This document shows positions 43,306-54,090 of a stretch of 64,000 bases of DNA, in pieces. Every line of letters starts with the position of its first letter. The stretch's first letter is position 1. The notes under the pieces were generated by a model, which saw nothing but the letters and a program-made list of their open reading frames with translations, did not search any database and was not told the DNA's origin. Source of the DNA: Flavobacteriaceae bacterium (lineage in GTDB: Bacteria; Bacteroidota; Bacteroidia; Flavobacteriales; Flavobacteriaceae); contig NZFW01000017.1 in NCBI GenBank assembly GCA_002690805.1, positions 958 to 64,957 of the forward strand. The letters are read 5' to 3'. The position numbers and the translations under genes were made by a program.

Positions 43306-44625
43306 ATGTTTTCTAAAACAGTTCCGTTAGAAAAAGGAAGTAAGAAACTTATAAATGCTTGGGCTTCATATGATTGGGCCAATTCAGTATATTCACTTGT
43401 TATTTCATCTTCAATTTTCCCTATTTATTATGGTTCATTGTTTCAAGAAATTAAAACCATTAATTTTTTTGGTTCCCCAATTAAGTATACTGCAATGATA
43501 AGCTTTATTACTGCTTTTGCTTTCATAATTATTTCAATTATTACACCCATTTTATCAGGAATAGCAGATTATACAGGGAATAAGAAAAAATTCATGAAAT
43601 TTTTTGTTTATTTAGGTTCATTTTCATGTATAGGATTATACTGGTTTGATTTAAAAACAATTTATTTAGGTTTGACCTTTTATTTTTTTGCATTAATTGG
43701 ACTTTGGTCAAGTTTAACTTTTTATAATTCTTATTTACCTGATATTGCATATCCTGAACAACAGAATAGAGCAAGTGCCAGAGGTTATTCTATGGGTTAC
43801 ATTGGTAGTGTTATTTTATTACTTTTTAATTTGTCAATGGTTATGAACCCTGAACTATATGGAATTGATGGTTCCAAGGCTGATGCTTCAATGTTAGCAA
43901 TGAAATATTCATTTATTTCAGTAGGAATATGGTGGGCATTATTTAGTCAGATTTCATTTTTTTACTTACCTAAAGGCAATCTTATTAATAAAATCACTAA
44001 AGATGTGCTTTGGAATGGATTTAAAGAATTAAAAATAGTTTTGGATCAATTAATGGAAAATATCAGATTAAAAAGATTTTTAATAGCCTTTTTTTTATAC
44101 AGTATGTCTTTACAAACAGTTCTTTTAATTGCTACTTATTTTGGTGAGGCTGAGATTCAATGGTCAAATTCTTCAGAAAAAACTATCGGATTGATTGTTG
44201 CAATTTTACTTATACAAATTGTTGCAATTTTTGGGGCCATACTAACCGCCAGAGCTTCAGAACGTTTTGGAAATTTGACAGTTTTAATAGTTATAAATAT
44301 AATTTGGGCTTTTTTATGTATTAGAGCTTTTTACATACATACACCAACTGAATTTTATTTAATAGCTGGACTAGTTGGGATGGTAATGGGGGGGCTGCAA
44401 TCACTTTCTAGAGCTACTTATTCAAAATATCTTCCAACAACAAACGATACTGCATCATTTTTTAGTTTCTATTCAGTTACTGAAAAAATCGCAATAATTT
44501 TTGGAATGATTATGTTTGGAACAATTGATCAAATTACAGGAAGTATGAGAAATAGTATATTATTTTTTGCTGTTCTATTTATTGCAGGTGTTATATTACT
44601 TTTGAGAGTTCCCAGGCATAATTAA
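43306..44625 (+). CDS. MFS transporter (UMF1/Atg22-like family)
   Basis: 439 aa with about 12 hydrophobic helices. The N-terminal AWASYDWANS motif is typical of the UMF1 family. Confidence 0.65.
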   Translation: MFSKTVPLEKGSKKLINAWASYDWANSVYSLVISSSIFPIYYGSLFQEIKTINFFGSPIKYTAMISFITAFAFIIISIITPILSGIADYTGNKKKFMKFFVYLGSFSCIGLYWFDLKTIYLGLTFYFFALIGLWSSLTFYNSYLPDIAYPEQQNRASARGYSMGYIGSVILLLFNLSMVMNPELYGIDGSKADASMLAMKYSFISVGIWWALFSQISFFYLPKGNLINKITKDVLWNGFKELKIVLDQLMENIRLKRFLIAFFLYSMSLQTVLLIATYFGEAEIQWSNSSEKTIGLIVAILLIQIVAIFGAILTARASERFGNLTVLIVINIIWAFLCIRAFYIHTPTEFYLIAGLVGMVMGGLQSLSRATYSKYLPTTNDTASFFSFYSVTEKIAIIFGMIMFGTIDQITGSMRNSILFFAVLFIAGVILLLRVPRHN

Positions 44626-44770
44626 TTGAGAAAAACTTATAATTCTCTATTTTTTTAATTATTGGCACAACTATTGAAATTATTATTATAGATAACTGTT
44701 AATTATACGATGTGTATGTATTTTTTAATAAGAGACCATGGTATAAATGACAAAATGACATAAATCTAAA

Positions 44771-47233
44771 ATGGCAAAATCAATTTTTACTAGTTTTGAC
44801 AGTATTTCCCTTAGAGAAATTGAATCAGAGGCAGATTTAATACCACTTATGACTGCAGAGGATGAAGAGGCTTTAAATAAAGAGGCGCTTCCTGATTCAA
44901 TTCCAATACTACCTTTAAAAAATACTGTATTGTTTCCAGGAGTTGTTATTCCGATAACTGCGGGTAGAGATAAATCTATTGAATTAATAAATGATGCAAA
45001 TAAAGGAGACAAAGTTATAGGTGTTGTTGCTCAAAAAGATCAAACTGTAGAAAATCCAGAGTTAAAAGACATATATAGTTTGGGAACTGTGGCTCAAATT
45101 TTAAGGGTTTTAAAAATGCCAGATGGAAATACTACAGTAATAATTCAGGGAAAAAAAAGATTTCTAATCGAAGAAATATTATCTGACAAACCTTATTTCA
45201 AAGCTAAAATAAAATCTGTAAATGATACAGCAATTGATACTACCAATAAAGAGTTTACAGCTGTAGTTGATTCTATTAGAGATTTAGCCCTTCAAATTAT
45301 TCAAGAAAACCCTAATATCCCATCTGAAGCATCATTTGCTATCAAAAATATTAACAGCAATTCATTTTTAATAAATTTTGTTTCCTCTAATATGAATCTT
45401 TCAGTAAGTGATAAACAAAAAATTTTATCATTAACTAGTCTTAACGAAAGAGCCCTTCTGTGTTTAAAATTTATGAATACAGAATATCAAAAATTAGCAC
45501 TCAAAAATGATATTAGATCTAGAGTTAGGTTAGACATGGATCAGCAACAAAGAGAGTATTACTTAAATCAACAACTAAAAACTATACAAGAAGAGTTAGG
45601 TGGAATTTCTTACGAAGAAGAGGTAGACGAATTGAAAGAACTGTCTAAATCTAAAAAGTGGAGTGACGAAGTTAAAAATCACTTTGATAAAGAGTGGGGA
45701 AAATTACAGAGAATGAATCCTCAGGTTGCTGAATACTCAGTCCAGAGAAATTATTTAGAATTATTGTTAGATCTCCCATGGGATGAATATTCAATTGATA
45801 AATTTGATCTGCAAAAGGCTCAAAAAATATTAGACAGGGATCATTATGGTCTTGAAGAGGTAAAAAAAAGAATAATAGAATATTTAGCTGTTTTAAAATT
45901 AAGAAATGATATGAAATCGCCTATTCTTTGTCTTTATGGTCCTCCAGGTGTTGGAAAAACTTCATTAGGAAAATCTGTTGCTGAATCCCTAGGAAGATCT
46001 TACGTTAGAATATCATTAGGAGGAATGAGAGATGAGTCAGAAATAAGAGGACACAGAAAAACATATATCGGGGCTATGCCAGGAAGAATTATTCAGAGTT
46101 TAAAAAAAGCTAAAAAATCAAATCCTGTTTTCGTGTTAGACGAAATTGATAAGCTTACACAAGGTTCTCAGGGTGATCCTTCAGCAGCACTTCTTGAGGT
46201 CCTAGATCCCGAACAAAATAATTCATTTTATGATAACTTTCTAGAAATGGGATATGATTTATCAAAAGTTATGTTTATTGCTACTGCTAATAATATTAAT
46301 AATATTCCCTATGCTCTAAGAGATAGAATGGAAATTATTAATGTTAGTGGTTATACTGTTGAAGAAAAAACTGAAATTGCACATAAGCACCTTATACCAA
46401 AACAACTATCAGAACATGGTTTAAATAAAAAGTATTTAAATCTTAAAAAATCAATAATCATGAAGATAGTAGAAGGCTACACAAGAGAGTCTGGTGTTCG
46501 AGGTCTAGATAAGCAAATGGCAAAAATGACCAGATATATTGCTAAGTCAATTGCTTTGAAAGAAAGTTATAAAGTTTCCCCCGGTTTAGAAGATTTATCA
46601 GATATATTAGGTCCTGTAAAAATTAGTCGAGATATGGTTGAAAATAACTCTATCGCAGGAGTTGTTACTGGTCTTGCTTGGACATCTGTTGGTGGAGATA
46701 TTTTGTTTATAGAATCCTCAGTTTCAAAAGGGAAAGGGAATCTTAGCATTACAGGAAACCTTGGAAAGGTTATGAAGGAATCAGCAACAATTGCTCTAGA
46801 ATACTTGAAATCAAACTCTAAGAGATTAGGAATTGAAAATTTTAGATTTGATAAATATAATATTCATATCCATGTTCCAGAGGGTTCAACACCCAAAGAT
46901 GGCCCTAGTGCAGGAATTACAATGTTAACATCCCTAATGTCTTTATTTACTCAAAAAAGAGTTAAAAAGAGTCTAGCAATGACCGGTGAAATAACCTTAA
47001 GAGGTAAAGTTCTTCCTGTTGGTGGAATTAAAGAAAAAATTTTAGCAGCTAAACGATCTAAGATTAAAGAAATAATTTTATGTGATCAAAACAAAAAAGA
47101 TATTGAGGAGATTAAAAAGGAGTATTTAAAAGGTCTAAAATTCTATTATGTGAAAGAAATGAGTGAAGTTTTGTCTATTGCTATAACTGAGAAAAAAGTA
47201 GTTCATCAAAAAGAATTTACAGAAGTTTATTAA
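44771..47233 (+). CDS. lon: ATP-dependent endopeptidase La (Lon)
   Basis: 820 aa with a LON N-domain, AAA+ Walker A GPPGVGKTS and the protease Ser context PKDGPSAGITM. Confidence 0.97.
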   Translation: MAKSIFTSFDSISLREIESEADLIPLMTAEDEEALNKEALPDSIPILPLKNTVLFPGVVIPITAGRDKSIELINDANKGDKVIGVVAQKDQTVENPELKDIYSLGTVAQILRVLKMPDGNTTVIIQGKKRFLIEEILSDKPYFKAKIKSVNDTAIDTTNKEFTAVVDSIRDLALQIIQENPNIPSEASFAIKNINSNSFLINFVSSNMNLSVSDKQKILSLTSLNERALLCLKFMNTEYQKLALKNDIRSRVRLDMDQQQREYYLNQQLKTIQEELGGISYEEEVDELKELSKSKKWSDEVKNHFDKEWGKLQRMNPQVAEYSVQRNYLELLLDLPWDEYSIDKFDLQKAQKILDRDHYGLEEVKKRIIEYLAVLKLRNDMKSPILCLYGPPGVGKTSLGKSVAESLGRSYVRISLGGMRDESEIRGHRKTYIGAMPGRIIQSLKKAKKSNPVFVLDEIDKLTQGSQGDPSAALLEVLDPEQNNSFYDNFLEMGYDLSKVMFIATANNINNIPYALRDRMEIINVSGYTVEEKTEIAHKHLIPKQLSEHGLNKKYLNLKKSIIMKIVEGYTRESGVRGLDKQMAKMTRYIAKSIALKESYKVSPGLEDLSDILGPVKISRDMVENNSIAGVVTGLAWTSVGGDILFIESSVSKGKGNLSITGNLGKVMKESATIALEYLKSNSKRLGIENFRFDKYNIHIHVPEGSTPKDGPSAGITMLTSLMSLFTQKRVKKSLAMTGEITLRGKVLPVGGIKEKILAAKRSKIKEIILCDQNKKDIEEIKKEYLKGLKFYYVKEMSEVLSIAITEKKVVHQKEFTEVY

Positions 47234-47898
47234 TGAAAAAGATAATTGCAATTGACGGTCATGCTGCCTCTGGTAAAAGTACACAGGCAAAAAGGATTGC
47301 AAAAGTTCTTGACTATACTTATATTGATTCTGGTTCTATGTATAGAGCTTTGACATATTATTTTATTAAAAATAATATGTTAGTAGACCCAATAAATATT
47401 AAGTTAATTATTGAAAATCTTAAAAATGTTGTATTTGATTTTAAAACTACTGGAAATTCACAAGTTATACTATTAAACGGGGAGGATGTTGAACCATATA
47501 TCAGAAATATGGATGTTTCTGAACATGTTAGCAAAATCGCAGCAATTCCTGAAATAAGAACCTTTTTAATTAAGATTCAAAGAGAAGTTTCTGAAAATTT
47601 AAACATAGTTATGGATGGAAGAGATATTGGAACAGTTGTATTTCCCCACGCTAATAAAAAGTTTTTCTTGAAAGCTTCAGATTCAATTAGAGCGAGGCGA
47701 AGGTACGAGGAACTAAAAAAAGTTGACAAAGACATTAAATTTTCAAAAGTTCTTGAAAATATTATATCCAGAGATTTTGAAGACACCTCAAGATCAACTT
47801 CCCCTCTTAAGCCAGCAAATGATGCAATAATTATTGACACATCGAAATACAATGAGACTCAAGTTTTCAATAAACTAATTTCTATAATTAAAGGTTAA
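47233..47898 (+). CDS. cmk: (d)CMP kinase
   Basis: 221 aa with IAIDGHAASGKST, YIDSGSMYRA and DGRDIGTVVFP motifs. Confidence 0.93.
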   Translation: MKKIIAIDGHAASGKSTQAKRIAKVLDYTYIDSGSMYRALTYYFIKNNMLVDPINIKLIIENLKNVVFDFKTTGNSQVILLNGEDVEPYIRNMDVSEHVSKIAAIPEIRTFLIKIQREVSENLNIVMDGRDIGTVVFPHANKKFFLKASDSIRARRRYEELKKVDKDIKFSKVLENIISRDFEDTSRSTSPLKPANDAIIIDTSKYNETQVFNKLISIIKG

Positions 47899-47942
47899 TA
47901 TTTAAAAAAGAATTATTTTCGATCTCAAATAGTTCTTTGAAA

Positions 47943-48875
47943 ATGCTAACTAGGAGACACATTCGGGTAAAAGTAATGCAATCATTATATTCTATTTCTC
48001 ATGATGGGGAACAGAGTCTTGAAAAACAAGTATTTTTTTTTAAAGAAAGTGTTAAAAAGTCATATGATTTATATTATTTACTAATTTCATTATTTAAGAG
48101 TGTTTATTCTCATGCGCAGAGAAAAAAAATATTAGAGAAGAAGTTGCAATATGAATTGTCTAATTCTCCAACAGATAAAATTTTAAAAAACCCATATTTC
48201 AAATTTTTTGCTCAAAACAAAAATATTCATGATTACTTAAAAAAAAGTAAATTAAATAATTGGGAAACTGACTCAGAATATATAAATCAATTTTATTTGG
48301 ATTTGATAAATAATCAATTTCACAAAGATTATTTAATTGGTGTTAGTGATGAAATTGATAATAAATTTTGCCTAAATTTTTATAAAGAATGTATAGCTAG
48401 TTCTGATAGATTATACGACTATTTAGAAGACAATCAATTAACATGGATTGATGATCTTCCAGTTGTTAACACTCATATTTTAAAACAAATTAAATCTGTT
48501 AAAATTGAAAATATTAAAAGTTTGGATCTTCCTTCTTTTAATATTGATTCTGAGGAAACCAAATTTGGTATCGAACTTTTAGCTAATATTATTTCGAAAA
48601 CTGATTCACTTGAGACTGAAATCATTGGAAAAACACCAAACTGGGAATCTGATAGAATAGCAGATATAGATTTTATTTTATTAAAAATGGCTATTTCAGA
48701 GCTACTATTTTTTAATGAGATACCAGTTAGAGTAACGATAAATGAATATATAGAAATTGCAAAAGATTACTCTACCCCAAAAAGTAATATTTTTATTAAT
48801 GGTGTTCTTGATAATATTTCTAAAGATTTTAAAGTTAAAGGTAGATTAAACAAGGAAGGTAGGGGGCTATTGTAA
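47943..48875 (+). CDS. nusB: transcription antitermination factor NusB (long Bacteroidota form)
   Basis: N-terminus MLTRRHIRVKVMQSLY and C-terminal NusB fold motifs (INEYIEIAKDYS, FINGVLD). ATG 47943 preferred over the track's TTG 47937. Confidence 0.75.
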   Translation: MLTRRHIRVKVMQSLYSISHDGEQSLEKQVFFFKESVKKSYDLYYLLISLFKSVYSHAQRKKILEKKLQYELSNSPTDKILKNPYFKFFAQNKNIHDYLKKSKLNNWETDSEYINQFYLDLINNQFHKDYLIGVSDEIDNKFCLNFYKECIASSDRLYDYLEDNQLTWIDDLPVVNTHILKQIKSVKIENIKSLDLPSFNIDSEETKFGIELLANIISKTDSLETEIIGKTPNWESDRIADIDFILLKMAISELLFFNEIPVRVTINEYIEIAKDYSTPKSNIFINGVLDNISKDFKVKGRLNKEGRGLL

Positions 48876-48886
48876 GGAATTTTATT

Positions 48887-48894
48887 TACTTTTG
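48887..48894 (+). promoter_or_regulatory. Bacteroidota -7 box (TACTTTTG) upstream of the DUF1573 gene
   Basis: Exact TAnnTTTG match 25 nt upstream of ATG 48920. Confidence 0.3.
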
Positions 48895-48919
48895 ATTTTA
48901 GAAATATAATTAACAACTC

Positions 48920-49423
48920 ATGAAAAATATTTTTTATTCGATTCTATCTTTAGCTTTTATTACTGCTTCTTGTGGTGAAACCGCCGCAAAAAAAATTAAT
49001 CAAGATAACGTTGATGCTACTGAGGCTCAAGCACAGGCTACAACTTCAAACTCTCCGGTCATGACATTTAATAAAATGTCTCACGATTTTGGAAACATAA
49101 ATGAAGGAGATGTAGTTACAACAACTTTTTCTTTTAAAAATACTGGAAAAAGCGATCTAATAATCGTTGATGCCCGAGGAAGTTGCGGTTGTACTGTTCC
49201 TCAGTATCCTAAAAATGTTCCAATTGCTCCAGGTGCGACTGGTGAAATAATGGTTAGTTTTGATTCTAATAATAAACCCAGTCTTCAACAAAAAGCAGTC
49301 ACTATTTCTGCAAATACTGAAAGCGGTAGAGAAATGTTAAGAATTAAAGCTATGGTTGCTCCAGATCCTGTTAAAGAAAAACAAAGACAGGCTCAAGCTA
49401 AAGCACGCCAAGCTCAAAATTAG
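48920..49423 (+). CDS. DUF1573 domain-containing lipoprotein
   Basis: Lipoprotein signal (ITASC) and the core FDFGNINEGDVVTTTFSFKNTGKSDLII...SCGCTVP typical of DUF1573. Confidence 0.7.
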   Translation: MKNIFYSILSLAFITASCGETAAKKINQDNVDATEAQAQATTSNSPVMTFNKMSHDFGNINEGDVVTTTFSFKNTGKSDLIIVDARGSCGCTVPQYPKNVPIAPGATGEIMVSFDSNNKPSLQQKAVTISANTESGREMLRIKAMVAPDPVKEKQRQAQAKARQAQN

Positions 49424-49426
49424 GAC

Positions 49427-49720
49427 ATGCAGGGAGGATTTTCAGATCAAATACCCTTTTTGCTTTTAATGTTAGTAGTTTTTTTCTTTTTTATAATTCT
49501 TCCTCAAACGAGAAGACAAAAAAAAGAAAAAAATTTTATGAACAATCTAAAAAGGGGAGATCGTATCATAACTAAAAGTGGTATACATGCCAAAGTCGTT
49601 GATATTAATAATAAAGACAATACATGTACAATAGAAACACTTGCTGGAAAACTTAAAGTGGAACGTACAGCTATCTCTCTTGATATGAGTTCTAAGTTGA
49701 TGAAGTCTTCATCAAAATAG
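49427..49720 (+). CDS. yajC: preprotein translocase subunit YajC
   Basis: 97 aa with a single TM segment, then ILPQTRRQKKEKNF..L..GD.I.T.GI.. typical of YajC. Confidence 0.85.
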   Translation: MQGGFSDQIPFLLLMLVVFFFFIILPQTRRQKKEKNFMNNLKRGDRIITKSGIHAKVVDINNKDNTCTIETLAGKLKVERTAISLDMSSKLMKSSSK

Positions 49721-49725
49721 TTAAT

Positions 49726-49749
49726 AAACCCTTGATTTTTCAAGGGTTT
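49726..49749 (+). terminator. hairpin/terminator between yajC and pyrD
   Basis: AAACCCTTGA-TTTT-TCAAGGGTTT, a perfect 10-bp stem. The downstream T-run is weak. Confidence 0.5.
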
Positions 49750-49771
49750 CTAATTGAATATTAATTTTCAA

Positions 49772-50791
49772 ATGTATAAGACTTTTATTAAACCAATACT
49801 TTTTTTGTTTGATCCAGAAAATATTCATCACACAGTTTTCAAAACTATTAAACTTATTCATTTTATACCTGGAATAAACATCGTTATAAGATTTATTTAT
49901 AAATTTAGTCATCCAGGTTTAAAGCGAAATATTTTTGGTTTAAAATTTCAAAACCCAGTTGGACTTGCAGCAGGTTTTGATAAAGATGCTAAACTTTACA
50001 AAGAGCTAAATAATTTTGGATTTGGTTTTATAGAGATTGGCACAGTCACTCCAAAAAGTCAATTAGGAAACCCCAAAAAGAGATTGTTTAGATTGAAAAA
50101 AGATTCAGCTTTAATTAATAGGATGGGATTTAATAATGATGGTGTTTTAAAAGTTGTTGATAGATTAAGAAATAATAATAATAATGTAATAATCGGTGGT
50201 AATATTGGAAAAAATAAGTTTACACCAAATGACAAAGCTGTAGATGATTATAACTATTGTTTTGATATATTATTTGATTATGTAGATTATTTTGTTGTTA
50301 ATGTGAGCTCCCCAAATACTCCAAAACTGAGGGATCTTCAGGAAAAAAAACCTTTAACGTTGATTTTGGAAAGTTTACAAAACTTAAATTCACATAAGAA
50401 AGAAAGAAAACCCATTTTACTTAAGATTTCTCCTGATCTAAGTAAAAATGCACTATTGGATATAATTGATATTGTTAATTTAACAAAAATTGATGGAGTT
50501 ATTGCAACCAATACTACTCTTGACAGAAATGGTCTTATTTCAAAAAACAAAAATCAGAATGGTGGACTTAGTGGTAAACCACTTTGTGATAGGAGTACAG
50601 AGGTCATAAAGTTTCTATCTGAAAAAAGTAATAAAAAGTTTACTATAATTGGGGTTGGGGGTATTCACTCTGCAGAAGACGCCATAAAAAAAATTAATGC
50701 TGGAGCTGATCTGATACAATTATACACTGGTTTTATTTATGAAGGACCTAGTTTAGTAAAAGAAATTAATAAAGCAATAGCAAAAATTTAG
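49772..50791 (+). CDS. pyrD: quinone-dependent dihydroorotate dehydrogenase (class 2)
   Basis: ATG 49772 gives [20 protein letters not shown], the normal PyrD N-terminus. The track's TTG 49754 would overlap the hairpin. [16 protein letters not shown] and GVGGI motifs are present. Confidence 0.92.
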   Translation: MYKTFIKPILFLFDPENIHHTVFKTIKLIHFIPGINIVIRFIYKFSHPGLKRNIFGLKFQNPVGLAAGFDKDAKLYKELNNFGFGFIEIGTVTPKSQLGNPKKRLFRLKKDSALINRMGFNNDGVLKVVDRLRNNNNNVIIGGNIGKNKFTPNDKAVDDYNYCFDILFDYVDYFVVNVSSPNTPKLRDLQEKKPLTLILESLQNLNSHKKERKPILLKISPDLSKNALLDIIDIVNLTKIDGVIATNTTLDRNGLISKNKNQNGGLSGKPLCDRSTEVIKFLSEKSNKKFTIIGVGGIHSAEDAIKKINAGADLIQLYTGFIYEGPSLVKEINKAIAKI

Positions 50792-50818
50792 TTTTAATAA
50801 ATTTAATACGATTTAAAT

Positions 50819-52930
50819 ATGAAAAAAAGTCTCCTTACTACATTTCTAATTATTATTTTCTCTTGTCAAAATGAGAAGTCACTTATATATCCGAAAACAA
50901 AAAAAATAAACGTAATAAGCAATTATTTTGATTCCGAGATCATTGATCCATATAGATGGCTTGAGGATGATAGATCTGATGAAACAGAGCGGTGGGTAAA
51001 AAAACAAAATGAAGTTACTTTTAAATATTTAAACAAAATACCTTATAAAAATAAACTTAAAGAGAGGTTAGAAAAATTATGGAACTATGAGAAAGTTTCA
51101 GCTCCCTTTGAAGAAGGAGAATACACATACTTTTATAAAAACGATGGGTTACAGGACCAGTATGTTGTTTATAGAAAAGATTCTAACGATGTAATAGAGA
51201 CTTTTATTAACCCTAATCTTTTTTCGAAAGATAAAACTACTTCACTGGCTGGTTTAAGTTTTTCTAAAAGCGGGAAAATATGTGCTTATAGTGTTTCAGA
51301 GGGTGGAAGTGATTGGAGAAAAATTATAGTAATGGATGTTGCTAGTAAAAAAATAATTGAGGATACCCTTGTTGATATTAAGTTTAGTGGAATATCTTGG
51401 AAAAATGATGAAGGGTTTTTTTATTCATCCTATGATAAACCAAAAGGAAGCGAACTTTCTGACAAAACAGATCAACATAAATTATACTTTCATAAATTAA
51501 ATACATCTCAACAAGATGATGTCATATTTTATGGAGGTATAAAAGAGCAAAAAAATAGATATGTTGGAGGAAGTGTATCTGAAGATGGTCGTTTTTTATT
51601 TATTTCTGCAAGTAAATCAACGTCAGGAAATAAGCTTTTAGTAAAAGATCTATTAAATGATAAATCACCATTAAAAAGTATTATTGATAATTATGATTCT
51701 GATACGTATGTTTTAGAAACAATCAATGATGATTTTTTTCTTGTAACTAATATAAATGCCCCTAATAAAAAAGTAGTAAAAACTAACTTTAATAATTTAA
51801 GTCTAAATGAATGGGAAGAAATAATTCCTAATACTAAGAATGTTCTAAATGCCTCTTCTGGAGGAGGTTTTTTATTTGCAGAATATATGATTGATGCATT
51901 TTCTCAAGTATATCAATATGACTTTGAAGGTAATAAAATACGTAAAATTAATCTACCTGGAATTGGCTCGGTCGGCGGTTTTAGTGGTAAAATAAATAAA
52001 AAATCTCTTTACTTTTCATTTACAAATTATCATACACCTAGCTCAATATATGAATATGATATTAAGACAGGTAATTTTGATTTGTATTGGAGTCCAAAAA
52101 TTGATTTTAATTCTACAAATTACATTTCAAAACAAGTTTTTTATAATTCTAAAGATGGTACAAAAGTTCCAATGATAATTACTCATAAAAAAGGACTTGA
52201 GTTAGATGGCAAAAATCCAACTATTTTATATGGATACGGTGGATTTAATATTAGTTTAACTCCAGGGTTTAGTGTGACAAATATTTTATGGATGGAGTAT
52301 GGAGGAGTTTATGCAGTACCAAATATCAGAGGTGGAGGAGAATATGGAAAATCATGGCATATAGCTGGAACTCAATTAAATAAACAAAATGTTTTTGATG
52401 ATTTTATTTCAGCTGCAGAATTTTTAATTTCTGAAAAATATACTAGTTCAGATTATCTAGCAATTCGTGGTGGGTCTAATGGTGGACTTTTGGTTGGAGC
52501 TACAATGACGCAAAGACCTGATCTTATGAGAGTGGCTTTACCAGCTGTTGGTGTTTTAGATATGTTAAGATATCATACATTTACAGCTGGTGCTGGATGG
52601 GCTTATGACTATGGTACTTCAGAAGATTCTGAAAAGATGTTTAAATACCTTTTAGGGTATTCTCCTGTTCATAATGTAAAGAATGGAATTAAATACCCTG
52701 CTACACTAATTACAACAGGAGATCACGATGATAGAGTTGTTCCAGCGCATTCATTTAAATTTGCAGCAGAACTACAGGACAAACAAATAGGTGTTTCTCC
52801 AACACTCATAAGGATTGAAACAAATGCCGGACATGGAGCAGGAACCCCAATTTCTAAAACTATTGAGCAATATGCTGATATTTATGGATTTACCTTTTAT
52901 AATATGGGATATGAAAAATTACCTAATTAA
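50819..52930 (+). CDS. prolyl oligopeptidase (S9A family), lipoprotein signal
   Basis: 703 aa with DPYRWLED at the N-terminus, the catalytic Ser in GGSNGGLL, Asp in GDHDDRV and His in AGHG. Confidence 0.9.
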   Translation: MKKSLLTTFLIIIFSCQNEKSLIYPKTKKINVISNYFDSEIIDPYRWLEDDRSDETERWVKKQNEVTFKYLNKIPYKNKLKERLEKLWNYEKVSAPFEEGEYTYFYKNDGLQDQYVVYRKDSNDVIETFINPNLFSKDKTTSLAGLSFSKSGKICAYSVSEGGSDWRKIIVMDVASKKIIEDTLVDIKFSGISWKNDEGFFYSSYDKPKGSELSDKTDQHKLYFHKLNTSQQDDVIFYGGIKEQKNRYVGGSVSEDGRFLFISASKSTSGNKLLVKDLLNDKSPLKSIIDNYDSDTYVLETINDDFFLVTNINAPNKKVVKTNFNNLSLNEWEEIIPNTKNVLNASSGGGFLFAEYMIDAFSQVYQYDFEGNKIRKINLPGIGSVGGFSGKINKKSLYFSFTNYHTPSSIYEYDIKTGNFDLYWSPKIDFNSTNYISKQVFYNSKDGTKVPMIITHKKGLELDGKNPTILYGYGGFNISLTPGFSVTNILWMEYGGVYAVPNIRGGGEYGKSWHIAGTQLNKQNVFDDFISAAEFLISEKYTSSDYLAIRGGSNGGLLVGATMTQRPDLMRVALPAVGVLDMLRYHTFTAGAGWAYDYGTSEDSEKMFKYLLGYSPVHNVKNGIKYPATLITTGDHDDRVVPAHSFKFAAELQDKQIGVSPTLIRIETNAGHGAGTPISKTIEQYADIYGFTFYNMGYEKLPN

Positions 52931-54003
52931 AAATAGTTAAAACTTTCTCCAGGCTTAATTTTTTGGATACTCTCATAAATTAATCTAATTACATTTTCTA
53001 AATCTTCTTTCTGAATCATTTCAACTGTAGTATGCATGTACCTGAGTGGTAAAGAGATAAGAGCAGATGCAACTCCACCATTACTGTAGGCAAATGCATC
53101 TGTATCAGTTCCTGTGTAACGAGACGAAGCTAACCTTTGAAAAGGAATTTTATTCTTTTTGGCAACTGAAATTATTCTTTCTCTAAGTTTATTGTGTACA
53201 GCTGGTGCGTATGATATTACGGGGCCATCACCAATTTGTGTTTTACCTTGTTCTTTTTGATTTATCATTGGTGTAGAAGTATCATGACAGACATCTGTAA
53301 CAATAGCAACATTTGGTTTAATTGTTTGTGTAATCATTTCAGCACCGCGAAGTCCTACTTCCTCCTGAACGGAATTTGTTATATACAATCCAAAAGGTAA
53401 TTTTATATTATTTTCATTTAGTAATCTGGCAACCTCTGCTATCATAAATCCACCAGCTCTATTATCAATAGCTCTACAAACAAATTTATTTTTATTCAAA
53501 ATTTGAAAAGTATCTGGATATGTAATTACACACCCAACGTGAACTCCCATTCTTTCAACTTCTTTTTTGTCCTTAGCCCCAATATCAATACAAATATTAT
53601 CAAGCTTTGGTACTTCTTCCTTTCCTGGTTTTCGGGTATGAATTGCTGGCCATCCAAAAACTCCTTTTACTATCCCTTTTTCAGTATGAATATTTACCCA
53701 TTTAGATGGAGCAATTTGATGATCACTTCCACCATTTCTAATAACATAAATTAAACCATTATCTGTTATAAAATTAACATACCATGATATTTCATCAGAA
53801 TGCCCTTCAATTACTACCTTATATTCAGCCTTGGGGTTTATAACTCCGACTGCTGTTCCATAGACATCAGTAATGAATTCATCAACATATGGTTTTAAGT
53901 ATTCCATCCAAATTTTTTGACCATTAGCTTCATAGCCCGTAGGCGCTGAATTATTTAAATATTTTTCTAAAAAATCAATTGACTTCTGATTTAAAATTTT
54001 CAT
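52927..54003 (-). CDS. M42 family metallopeptidase (glutamyl aminopeptidase-like)
   Basis: 358 aa; the HSDEIS, DNRAG, QEEVGLRGA and HT motif layout is typical of M42. Confidence 0.85.
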   Translation of the reverse strand: MKILNQKSIDFLEKYLNNSAPTGYEANGQKIWMEYLKPYVDEFITDVYGTAVGVINPKAEYKVVIEGHSDEISWYVNFITDNGLIYVIRNGGSDHQIAPSKWVNIHTEKGIVKGVFGWPAIHTRKPGKEEVPKLDNICIDIGAKDKKEVERMGVHVGCVITYPDTFQILNKNKFVCRAIDNRAGGFMIAEVARLLNENNIKLPFGLYITNSVQEEVGLRGAEMITQTIKPNVAIVTDVCHDTSTPMINQKEQGKTQIGDGPVISYAPAVHNKLRERIISVAKKNKIPFQRLASSRYTGTDTDAFAYSNGGVASALISLPLRYMHTTVEMIQKEDLENVIRLIYESIQKIKPGESFNYF

Positions 54004-54056
54004 TTATTTTATTTTTTAAGAATTATTAAAAATAATAATTTATGATCATTAAACCG

Positions 54057-54084
54057 TTTGAAAATACAGGTTTTTATACCTTTG
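54057..54084 (+). promoter_or_regulatory. Bacteroidota sigma-A type promoter (-33 TTTG, -7 TACCTTTG)
   Basis: TTTG at 54057-54060 and TACCTTTG at 54077-54084 have consensus-like spacing. The ATG at 54091 is only 6 nt after the -7 box. Confidence 0.4.
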
Positions 54085-54090
54085 AATTGA

